This document shows positions 15,983 to 23,774 of a stretch of DNA of 25,382 bases, one piece after another (positions within the stretch are counted from its first letter, which is position 1; each line of letters begins with the position of its first letter). Under the pieces are notes generated by a model, which was given only the letters and a program-made list of their open reading frames with translations, did no database searches and had not been told where the DNA came from. The stretch is from the IMG/VR virus record IMGVR_UViG_3300009788_000282, positions 1-25,382 of that record. One strand, 5' to 3'. The translations under genes and the position numbers were made by a program. This DNA is from a virus (taxonomy: Duplodnaviria > Caudoviricetes).

Positions 15983-17314
15983 TTACCACTCCATTGTGGG
16001 CGAAACGAGAATATCACTTTCGTCGAATCCGTCGTTCTCGACGGGTGTTGATCCCTGGGCTCCCATGTAGCTAACGTTCGTCGCGGGGGCGGGCTTCGGG
16101 GCAAGGGCTGACAGAACTCGAAGTTCTTCGATCTCCTTGCCCTTCAGTTGATTGGCGACGGCCTCACGCTGGGCTTCGTCTTCGACGTTGGCGATAATCT
16201 GAGCGATGATCTCGCCCTTCTTTTCGGCCAAGATTCCGTTGGCGAATCGCAGTGCGTTTTGAACCGATTCGGGCAATTCCGCCATGATTTCGGCCTCCGT
16301 CTTCTGGGTATCGCCCTCGTTCTTCGTGGGCTTGTCCTTGTTTTTCTTCAGGGCAATCAACTTGGCCTTTTCCGCCGGGTCCATTTCTTCGTCATCTTCT
16401 TCATCATCGACGTTCTTTTTGGCGGCGGCATTCGTGATGAACTCAACAAGACCTTCAGCCGGAGTATCGCCAGCAAACTCCTGCACTGCATTCACAACCG
16501 CAGTGTCGGCAATCCGTTTCTGCATGTCGGCCTGACGCAACAGCAGCTTTTCGTCAGAGAGTTCGTTGAGCGAAGCCGTGTCGGAATCGTCACAATACTC
16601 GCAATTCGCGATAAGCTCGGCGACAAGTTCCGTCTTTTCTTTTTGGGTGAGTGCCATTTGGCCATCTCCGTTTTTGGTTGAATTATTCGTTTCACGATTC
16701 TGGCCAACATTGCCAGATATGGTCTCATGCTCGCTCGCATGTGAATCATTAGATTGGCCCTTGTTCAGGACTCCGCAGCCGTCCTCCAGCGAACAGGCTC
16801 CAACCTGATCGGTCAGAATGGCTAGATGATCCGGCCGCAGATTCGTGGCGAAGAAAGAGAATGGCTCGCCGTTGTGCTCAGAGCCTTCAGGGGCCTTTTT
16901 GTTGTCGGTGAACAAGCCGGTGGAAAGCTCAATCTGCTGATTGTCTTCCAAAGCGACGGTAATTTCAGGCGAGAGATTTCGTGTAGCCTGAAGATCAAAC
17001 CATCCTTCGCCAACCAGATTGCCGTCTACGATCTTCGCGTTGTAGACATTGCCAACGCCATGATTTTCGTTGGCTGCCGGGGTCCTGCCAGAGACGCTTT
17101 TCCCGCTAGAATCCCTGGGATGCCGAACTGTCAACGGCATTCCGTTCCATGCGTCGACGTTCTTAGCAATCTCTTCTCGCGAGTAGAACAACGCTCCCTG
17201 GCTTCCGCTGAGGACGCCGGGAACGATCAGCGTGAGAGGTGCAACGAGAAACGATCGTCCGTGAAGCGTTTCCCGTCGCGTCGTCTTTTGGAAATTAGAA
17301 GTTAGGCATTCCAT
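15983..17314 (-). CDS. Prohead protease/scaffold fusion (DUF2213-like), 443 aa
   Basis: WNGMPLTVRHP, IELSTG and PDHLAIL...GACSLEDGCG in the N-terminal half; acidic helical scaffold-like C-terminal half. Confidence 0.85.
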   Translation of the reverse strand: MECLTSNFQKTTRRETLHGRSFLVAPLTLIVPGVLSGSQGALFYSREEIAKNVDAWNGMPLTVRHPRDSSGKSVSGRTPAANENHGVGNVYNAKIVDGNLVGEGWFDLQATRNLSPEITVALEDNQQIELSTGLFTDNKKAPEGSEHNGEPFSFFATNLRPDHLAILTDQVGACSLEDGCGVLNKGQSNDSHASEHETISGNVGQNRETNNSTKNGDGQMALTQKEKTELVAELIANCEYCDDSDTASLNELSDEKLLLRQADMQKRIADTAVVNAVQEFAGDTPAEGLVEFITNAAAKKNVDDEEDDEEMDPAEKAKLIALKKNKDKPTKNEGDTQKTEAEIMAELPESVQNALRFANGILAEKKGEIIAQIIANVEDEAQREAVANQLKGKEIEELRVLSALAPKPAPATNVSYMGAQGSTPVENDGFDESDILVSPTMEW

Positions 17315-17321
17315 GCCACGT

Positions 17322-17363
17322 ACGATAGCCTGGATTGCGATTTAAGTCTAGCAAACCAGGCTA
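17322..17363 (-). promoter_or_regulatory. Candidate sigma70-type promoter (TAGACT-N17-TATCGT) inside an inverted repeat
   Basis: -35 at 17350-17345 and -10 at 17327-17322, 7 nt before ATG 17314. Arms TAGCCTGG-A-TTGC and GCAA-A-CCAGGCTA. Confidence 0.45.
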
Positions 17364-17390
17364 AAACAAACACATGTGCTTGTGTTTCGG

Positions 17391-17627
17391 CTAAAGTGTT
17401 CGCACGTGCTGATATCCGCTCTGGAAGTTACCTGAAATAAACAGGATATCCTCACCTAGCGGTTTGACTTTTTTGCGAACAGAGCACAGATGCCACCGAA
17501 GATTAGAGAACACGGCCTGGTCATCGTCGATGCAGGTAAGTAGTTCACGGCGTGAATGCGGCTTGCCATCAGATAGCATGTCGACTAGTCGTGCTTCGGT
17601 GGGCGTGTACTGCGACATTGATGTCAT
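17391..17627 (-). CDS. Stand-alone winged-helix protein (OmpR/PhoB effector-domain-like), 78 aa
   Basis: TPTEARLVDML...SRRELL...LRWHLCSVRKKV...GY; ATGA-coupled to the MuF stop. Confidence 0.8.
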   Translation of the reverse strand: MTSMSQYTPTEARLVDMLSDGKPHSRRELLTCIDDDQAVFSNLRWHLCSVRKKVKPLGEDILFISGNFQSGYQHVRTL

Positions 17628-19402
17628 TTTGCTATTTCTTCCAAGTCGGCTATAACTCCCCCTTGGGGTGTTTCGGTTATCCCGACAACTCTAAATGTCG
17701 TATTCCTTGGATACAAAACCTCGCCTTCTCCTGGGTTTAGCGAGATATCACTGATATCCACGCCAGTTTTGCCGTTTACTCGCAACACAACCCTGCCAGA
17801 AGGAGCACTCCCTGTTTCTAGTGAAATCCTATCTGTGAGTGTCGGGTTTTTTCTCGTGGAGACAAATGCCTTGTCCGTGAAAGTGCCCGTTTTTAGCTCG
17901 GCAAGGATTTCCTGCTTCTGTTGTTCCGTGGCAGAGAAACTACGTACGGTATTCCCAGCAGACTTTGGGGAAGCCTTTAGGTATTTATCCGTTCCCTCAA
18001 CGATTCTTTTGTCTACAACCTTTCCTTCACGCAAGCCTGTGTTCACACGCTGGAAGGCATCTGTGGTGTAATCCTGCGTTGCTTCTTTTGCGGTTTGCAG
18101 CGAAGCTGGTTGTATTGGTTGTTTTTTCGCCCTACTGGTAACCTTTGGTTTTCTTTCTGGGGTAGCTTTTGGCGTAGTCTTTTTTGTCGGCTTCGGGGTT
18201 GGCTGCTTGGCCCGCTTTGGCTTCCGGAGCGGCTTGGCCGCTTGCTCGGGCCCCGCTTTAACGACAGCAACCGGCCGCTTCTTTTTGACCGTCATGTCGG
18301 CGCCCTTCCATGTTGATATCTGCTTTTGCTGGGCAATGGTTCGCTTCGATGACTTGGGGATCTCGGCCTTGATCGATTGACTCTGGGCTCGCTTGAGTTG
18401 TGTCTGTGTGCGTTTCTGTGGTATGACTTTTCGCTCGACTTTTCCTGTGTCGGGATTGGTGAAATGGACTACGGACTTATCGTTTTTGGGCTCACCGACG
18501 TTTGCTGGGGTGTAATTGCACCGGCATTGCGGATGCCGAGGTATCAACCCTCTCGCTTCCTTGATCGTCATCACAACGCCTTCAAGGGGTTGGCATAATG
18601 GGCATACCCTATCATCCCCCGCCGTGCTCCACTCAACCATAACGCCAACTTCCGTAACCCCAAGACTCTCCATCGCGTCCAATTGCGCTTCTGCATGTGC
18701 ACGAATTATCTCCGTCCTCGCAATCATCGTAGCACGCCGAGCACCGATCTTGTCAATCGTCTCGGTTAGCTCTTTCGCGATGACAGAAGGGCCTTCGCCT
18801 CTTGCTAGTCCATCCGTGAGTTGCCGAACTAGCTGAGTCGACATCGCTACAGTAACGCCCTGCAAGTCAGTAAATACACGACCAGCCAATACCTTCAGTT
18901 TGTCAATTGCAACCGGCCTAGCGAAACTCTGCCTAAGGAACTCATCCCGTGTGCCCTCGAAGAAATCAGAAACGTCTTCGCCTGTTGAGAGTGCTGGCTT
19001 GCGTACATCATTGAAGGCACGGCCTGCCCCTCGACGATAGGCGTCTTCACTGAACGCCTTCCAGTATCCATCGGCTTTATCTGTGGCAGTCTTGCCGTCT
19101 AGAATGCCATCATCCACTTGCTGCTTTAGCCATGCCTCGAATGCTGCTATTTGCTCGGATGAAGTTTGGAACTCGAATCGTTGATTAGCTGTCTGATTAA
19201 AAACAGATGGTTTCCGCTTTATTCCGAAGGCGTCCTCATCAACCAATAGCCTGCGAATGTCACGCTTGAGTCGATTGAATTTGCCGCGTAGCAATTGCTC
19301 GAATCGCAACCGTAGCTGTGACGTCCGTGTAGGGTCGGACTTCAACGGATTGCGAAGAATCTTGGATTGGTTTGTTGTGCAGGATTCACACATTAGAGGC
19401 AT
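17624..19402 (-). CDS. MuF/SPP1 gp7-like head morphogenesis protein with a C-terminal ADP-ribosyltransferase domain, 592 aa
   Basis: MuF motifs RATMIARTEIIRAH, WSTAGDDRVCPLC and PRHPQCRC; K/P/T-rich linker; ART motifs YTTDAFQRVNTGLR, TVRS, FTDKAFVST and EGEVLYPRNTTFRV. Confidence 0.9.
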   Translation of the reverse strand: MPLMCESCTTNQSKILRNPLKSDPTRTSQLRLRFEQLLRGKFNRLKRDIRRLLVDEDAFGIKRKPSVFNQTANQRFEFQTSSEQIAAFEAWLKQQVDDGILDGKTATDKADGYWKAFSEDAYRRGAGRAFNDVRKPALSTGEDVSDFFEGTRDEFLRQSFARPVAIDKLKVLAGRVFTDLQGVTVAMSTQLVRQLTDGLARGEGPSVIAKELTETIDKIGARRATMIARTEIIRAHAEAQLDAMESLGVTEVGVMVEWSTAGDDRVCPLCQPLEGVVMTIKEARGLIPRHPQCRCNYTPANVGEPKNDKSVVHFTNPDTGKVERKVIPQKRTQTQLKRAQSQSIKAEIPKSSKRTIAQQKQISTWKGADMTVKKKRPVAVVKAGPEQAAKPLRKPKRAKQPTPKPTKKTTPKATPERKPKVTSRAKKQPIQPASLQTAKEATQDYTTDAFQRVNTGLREGKVVDKRIVEGTDKYLKASPKSAGNTVRSFSATEQQKQEILAELKTGTFTDKAFVSTRKNPTLTDRISLETGSAPSGRVVLRVNGKTGVDISDISLNPGEGEVLYPRNTTFRVVGITETPQGGVIADLEEIAK

Positions 19403-19874
19403 AGTCCCTTAGTATCGCTAGGCGTTCGTCGTGGATTCGCTGACGCTCAAGCCAGAACTCAACTGGTACGTCAAACACTGAATAGAACACTTCGGCGTGC
19501 CTTTGCTCAATTGATCGTAGACCACAAGCAATCTCAGCAATCTCACCAGACATGGTTATGGGCTCTAGCCCATCCCCGTTACACACGAAGCTTTCATGCA
19601 CAACAATTCGCGGCGTCATGCCGTACATCTCCATGCACTCTTTCACCGTCTCGCCTGGATGGACGGCGTAATCAGGATCGTATTTGTGAGTCATCAGTCC
19701 CATTCCTCCCTGTCTGCCAATTGTGTACAAGGATTTATACCCAGCTTCTTTAGCCGCTGCCACTTGGTCAAAGCTTGGAGATGAAAGTAAGGCGTGAACA
19801 AAGGTTCGCTGCCTGACTGTATGATCAGCAAACCATTCTGGATCTTGCCAGTCAGACGGTAGGTCTTGTTCCAT
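19386..19874 (-). CDS. Fusion of a TerS-like N-terminal HTH and a HigA/XRE antitoxin-like domain, 162 aa
   Basis: Residues 19-46 match this window's TerS at 19 of 28 positions. The C-terminal part has YDPDYAVHPGETVKECM...IAEIACGLRSI...FDVPVEFWLERQ. Confidence 0.75.
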   Translation of the reverse strand: MEQDLPSDWQDPEWFADHTVRQRTFVHALLSSPSFDQVAAAKEAGYKSLYTIGRQGGMGLMTHKYDPDYAVHPGETVKECMEMYGMTPRIVVHESFVCNGDGLEPITMSGEIAEIACGLRSIEQRHAEVFYSVFDVPVEFWLERQRIHDERLAILRDYASNV

Positions 19875-19886
19875 TGCATCTCTCTT

Positions 19887-20075
19887 TCATCGTCGATTCA
19901 AGAGACGGCCAATCTCTTGCAACTCTTCATCTGATAGCACGCGGCCACGACCGTCGATTAAGCGTTTGATCAATTCGATTTCCCGATTGTTTTCATCCTC
20001 AGAAAAATACACCACATCGCCGACACCCGGTACAGGATCTTCTTCACAGCACGGGTATCTACGCGGGAAAAACAT
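19887..20075 (-). CDS. Hypothetical protein (62 aa, MFFPRRYPCC...)
   Basis: ATG 1 nt after the portal stop, with a GGAGG-like sequence upstream. Confidence 0.55.
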   Translation of the reverse strand: MFFPRRYPCCEEDPVPGVGDVVYFSEDENNREIELIKRLIDGRGRVLSDEELQEIGRLLNRR

Positions 20076-20076
20076 A

Positions 20077-21690
20077 TCACTTCCCTCCCTCACCTGGCAT
20101 CGGGAAAACTTCTTCTTTCTCAGTCGGATCGACAAACGTCGTTGTATCACCGCCCGCAATCGCATCCATAGCCGCCTCAATCACAGCCTCAGCGTCTTTC
20201 GCAGGCATGTTCAATACTCGCTTGTACAGATCAAGAGGCGTCATGATGCCTTCTACGCCGCCCTGAACGTACATAGATGCAGCTTCCATTCTCTTGGCTG
20301 CAACCTCGGCCTTTTCGATCTCAGTAAGCGTTTCCATGTCAGGCCACACAACAGAATACTTCTCGGGCTCTGGCAACACGCCTAGCCAAATGAGCCGATC
20401 GATAAACGGTGCAATGACCCGAGGAGTGAGGTACATGTCCTGGCGATAGCTCAGCCTCGCGGCCCATGACTTCGCATCCTGGCTGCTAGAAAGCTCGCCT
20501 CGTTCAGATCCCTCGAATATCCGCTTGGGAATGCCAATCTGAATGCAGATAGCCTTGAGGTACGCATCGATCTGCGGAGTCGGGTCGACAACCTGAGGGG
20601 CAAGAGATTCAGGCTTCATTCCCTGCAATGCAATCCACCGCTGAAGACCGTTTAGGTGGTCCTCCAATTGCCGCTTCATGTCCGTCTTGGCGGCATCACT
20701 CAGAAACGCCTCAAGGCCCAATTGAGGATGGGTCGTGAGCACAACACCAGGCATGGCCCCTTGCCAATACATTTCCCCGGAACCGGCATAGAGCTTGACC
20801 AGATCCCAGAGCCGGTTGTACGGAACCTGTAATCGAGGCGTGCCGAATATCTCACTACTGCTTAGGTTGTCTGCAACGTGAATCACGCGAGTCCAATGAA
20901 CCTCACGATCAAAATCACTGGAGGCAACCGTCTCTTGGCCGTCCTCTGACTCGTTACTTGCCGACTGCGAGAACCTGATATTGTAAGCGACCGGTCTACC
21001 GAAACGCGAGTTCATCGGATCGTTTTCTAGTCGAGCAATGTTTATTTGCTCGCCGCCGAACGTGCGAAAGAACGTTACTTGCCGTCCCTTCCTGGGAGCC
21101 GCTGGCTGATTCAACTCAAGGCCATCATCAAGCCCAATCATCAAGACGCCATACGGACCAATTCCGCTGATCTCATCAGCACGGAGCAACTGATCCCATA
21201 CTGGGTTGCCCTCTTCGCTCTCAAGCCAGCTAGGACCACCTTGGGTCGAAACCATCTTGGGTAGCTCTCGCCATGCCACCTCAAATTGCGTCTCTGTCTC
21301 GGTGTCTTCATCCTCGAATATGGACGGCTGGATTAACCACGATTCTTTCGGCAACACCTCGACAACTCGCCTAGCAATGCTCTCGCGATCGTAGAGCCTC
21401 TGATAGTCGCGAGTCTCAAGCTGTCCGTATCGAGGATACCCAGCGTCGGCGTAGATATCTCGCCTAGGATCGCCCATGTCGCGGGCTAGATCGGAACGAG
21501 TCAAGCTCAGATTCTCGGTCATGCTCTTGGCGTTTTCGAGTAGCCCACGCATCAAGTGCATCTGGACTGATTTATCCCACGGGCCTAGCGGCGATGGCGG
21601 GATGATATCTTGACTTGATCCATTTTTCGTAAACCGTCCATTGGCTGCTCTGGCCTGTACCATGAGTCCATTCCTCGTATCGCATTCCAT
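20077..21690 (-). CDS. Portal protein (DUF1073-like), 537 aa
   Basis: Follows TerL; YDRESIARRVVE, VHWTRVIH, IGIPKRIFEGSERGELSSSQD and PFIDRLI motifs. Confidence 0.9.
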   Translation of the reverse strand: MECDTRNGLMVQARAANGRFTKNGSSQDIIPPSPLGPWDKSVQMHLMRGLLENAKSMTENLSLTRSDLARDMGDPRRDIYADAGYPRYGQLETRDYQRLYDRESIARRVVEVLPKESWLIQPSIFEDEDTETETQFEVAWRELPKMVSTQGGPSWLESEEGNPVWDQLLRADEISGIGPYGVLMIGLDDGLELNQPAAPRKGRQVTFFRTFGGEQINIARLENDPMNSRFGRPVAYNIRFSQSASNESEDGQETVASSDFDREVHWTRVIHVADNLSSSEIFGTPRLQVPYNRLWDLVKLYAGSGEMYWQGAMPGVVLTTHPQLGLEAFLSDAAKTDMKRQLEDHLNGLQRWIALQGMKPESLAPQVVDPTPQIDAYLKAICIQIGIPKRIFEGSERGELSSSQDAKSWAARLSYRQDMYLTPRVIAPFIDRLIWLGVLPEPEKYSVVWPDMETLTEIEKAEVAAKRMEAASMYVQGGVEGIMTPLDLYKRVLNMPAKDAEAVIEAAMDAIAGGDTTTFVDPTEKEEVFPMPGEGGK

Positions 21691-21696
21691 CGCTCC

Positions 21697-23229
21697 TCAA
21701 AAAATCACTCCGCCGCCCGGCCGTCGCTTGCCCTTCTTCCAGCCGAACACAGCCAACACCAATGCGTCGGCTTCATCTGGGCTACAGCCAATCAATGATC
21801 TCATTGTCACCTCATCGCTGTCCGCCTTTTTAGCATTTTTGGGTGGCAAAAACAACCTTCCTTCTCCATCGTACTGCCTGGGGATCGGTGAAAGCTGCCG
21901 TCGTAACTCTGTGTATTTGCCGGGAATGGCGAATCCTGGACCGGTGTCGGGGTTCATCGCAAGGCTCAAAAGGTGGTACATTTCAGCCCGGCGGTTTTTG
22001 TACACATATCGGGTGTCGTCCTCTTCATCTCGCTGAGTCAATGGCGTCATCGCTCGCGTGCGGTGGGGCGTGGGAGCCGAGCCAAACCGAACTCCATTGA
22101 CCCTGAAATTGTGCATGTGGTGCAATACGTCGTGATGCTCTTTTCCCCCTCCGCCCATGTCAAAATAGATATTGTGTGCCTGGATGCCGTGCTTAGCCGC
22201 GAATGCCATCGTCTCGGCCGGTATGATGGCTGTGTTGGGCGTCTTCTGTGACTTGATGTCAAGTAAGCCATGTTCGTCAATCGCCAGCCAGACGGTGTTG
22301 TCACCGCCCTCAGCGGTGTCTACGCCCATGTACTTGGCTTTCCTGGATGTGGGTATCACGAGTTCATTTGAGTGGTTGAGCCAATCGAGAGGGAATAGCA
22401 TTTCGGCAGAACCAACGTAGAACTCAGCATCCAGAGAAACGCATTGTTTCTGATGACTCCACAGCTTTCGTCTCTTGAGGTACGCAGCATAGCTCAGCAC
22501 GCCGGGCAGCACTTCGGTGTGTGATGGCTTTCGACCGTCAGCTTCCTCAGCTAAACCAAGCCTGACATTCGGGCTATCTTGAGCACGAATCTTGATGACG
22601 CGACGATAACATTGCTTGCCGTCGTCAGAGAACAGATTCCCTCCCTTGTCTGGAGTCCCCGGCCTGCCCATTACCGCCCACTTGAAGAAATTCTCACATG
22701 CCCACGGGTTGCCGATTACCAATCGGGCGTCGCCGGGCTTCTGCCACGTGTCGGCCATCTCTGCATGGCTGTTAGCGGCTCCTGACGCCTCGTCGCACAT
22801 CCACAACGTGTATCTGGCATGGTGCCCTTGGAGGCTCTCGGGCTTCTCAGGGACAATTCCCTTGATGTAGGATATCGTGTCCAGTTGCCCCTTGTGCATT
22901 CTCCTGATATGCCGATGGTTGACAATCCACGGGCCGCCTTGTGCTGTCGTCAGCGGGTACTTGCATGTCTGGATGAATCTGTTCATCTCGTTCCATAGAA
23001 CGTCCATGTGACGTTCACCAACGCTTGATGTCACGACACGACACGGCTGGTGAGTCATGAAATACGCCACGGCAACGAACCCGCCTACAAAATCTTTTCC
23101 GAGCATGTTGCCAGCGGGTACTACGGTTTCGTCATCATCCCACACGCTTTGGATTATGTCACATTGTTCCTTGTAGAACGTAACATCGGGCCAGAACTCG
23201 GCGGCTAATTTAAGTGGGTCGATCGGCAT
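21697..23229 (-). CDS. terL: Terminase large subunit, 510 aa
   Basis: Walker A AGNMLGKD, LQGHH, Walker B WMCDEASG, IGNP; RNase H-like nuclease GVDTAEGGDNTV, FDMGGGG, NRRAEMY and SPDEADAL. Confidence 0.95.
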   Translation of the reverse strand: MPIDPLKLAAEFWPDVTFYKEQCDIIQSVWDDDETVVPAGNMLGKDFVGGFVAVAYFMTHQPCRVVTSSVGERHMDVLWNEMNRFIQTCKYPLTTAQGGPWIVNHRHIRRMHKGQLDTISYIKGIVPEKPESLQGHHARYTLWMCDEASGAANSHAEMADTWQKPGDARLVIGNPWACENFFKWAVMGRPGTPDKGGNLFSDDGKQCYRRVIKIRAQDSPNVRLGLAEEADGRKPSHTEVLPGVLSYAAYLKRRKLWSHQKQCVSLDAEFYVGSAEMLFPLDWLNHSNELVIPTSRKAKYMGVDTAEGGDNTVWLAIDEHGLLDIKSQKTPNTAIIPAETMAFAAKHGIQAHNIYFDMGGGGKEHHDVLHHMHNFRVNGVRFGSAPTPHRTRAMTPLTQRDEEDDTRYVYKNRRAEMYHLLSLAMNPDTGPGFAIPGKYTELRRQLSPIPRQYDGEGRLFLPPKNAKKADSDEVTMRSLIGCSPDEADALVLAVFGWKKGKRRPGGGVIF

Positions 23230-23397
23230 CTACTCGTCCTCTTCTCGCCCCTTCCAGTCACCGCACCAATCATAATATTGAGTTGCTGGCCATTCGCCAC
23301 CACCGTCACTTCTCGGATCTTGCACTTTGGGTGCATGACGTCGACATCGCTGGTTTTCATAGTAGGTGCAATCACTGCATGTTTTCTCGCTCATCAT
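23230..23397 (-). CDS. Small Cys-rich protein (55 aa)
   Basis: KTCSDC...CRRHAP...WP...DWCGDW; ATGA-coupled to the upstream micro-ORF and abuts TerL. Confidence 0.75.
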   Translation of the reverse strand: MMSEKTCSDCTYYENQRCRRHAPKVQDPRSDGGGEWPATQYYDWCGDWKGREEDE

Positions 23398-23555
23398 TCG
23401 CTCCTGCTGGTCCATTTGTCACAACACTGGTCCAGCTTGACCAGCAACACTGATTTCAAAGTGCAATAAAGAAACCCCGCTAGCGATACGTTCCATCGTG
23501 CGTTGTCGCAATTTCCGCACGTCTTATGCACTCTACGGCAATGGTCGGTACTCAT
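23394..23555 (-). CDS. Small Cys-rich protein (53 aa), not in the ORF track
   Basis: Hand translation MSTDHCRRVHKTCGNCDNARWNVSLAGFLYCTLKSVLLVKLDQCCDKWTSRSE*; GGGAG RBS. Confidence 0.65.
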   Translation of the reverse strand: MSTDHCRRVHKTCGNCDNARWNVSLAGFLYCTLKSVLLVKLDQCCDKWTSRSE

Positions 23556-23579
23556 AGCCCGCTCCCTGTCAAAGTCTTG

Positions 23580-23774
23580 TTAATTCACACTCCCGCACGC
23601 CTGGCACCTCGGCTTGTTCAGCACAGCCACAATGACAAATATCGGGAAAAACAATCCACAACTCAGAATCGTCAACAAACAACCAAGCCCTTCTGAATTG
23701 GTGTTCTTCACATGCAGCGTGTGGGTTCGGCACGTGCTGCAATATCGCTGCGATTGGATGTCGTTGATAGCCAT
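23580..23774 (-). CDS. LITAF-like zinc-ribbon membrane-associated protein (64 aa)
   Basis: CSTC, a hydrophobic hairpin (CLLTILSCGLFFPIFVIVAV), then CQAC; TGATG-coupled to TerS. Confidence 0.7.
   Translation of the reverse strand: MAINDIQSQRYCSTCRTHTLHVKNTNSEGLGCLLTILSCGLFFPIFVIVAVLNKPRCQACGSVN

Noticed and set aside
19386-20075. Canonical HigBA toxin-antitoxin pair
   Set aside because: Neither the 62-aa upstream ORF nor any neighbour shows RelE/HigB-like features.
20077-21690. Anti-CBASS Acb1-type label sometimes attached to DUF1073-like proteins
   Set aside because: Size, motifs and position after TerL fit a portal, and I see no appended phosphoesterase domain.
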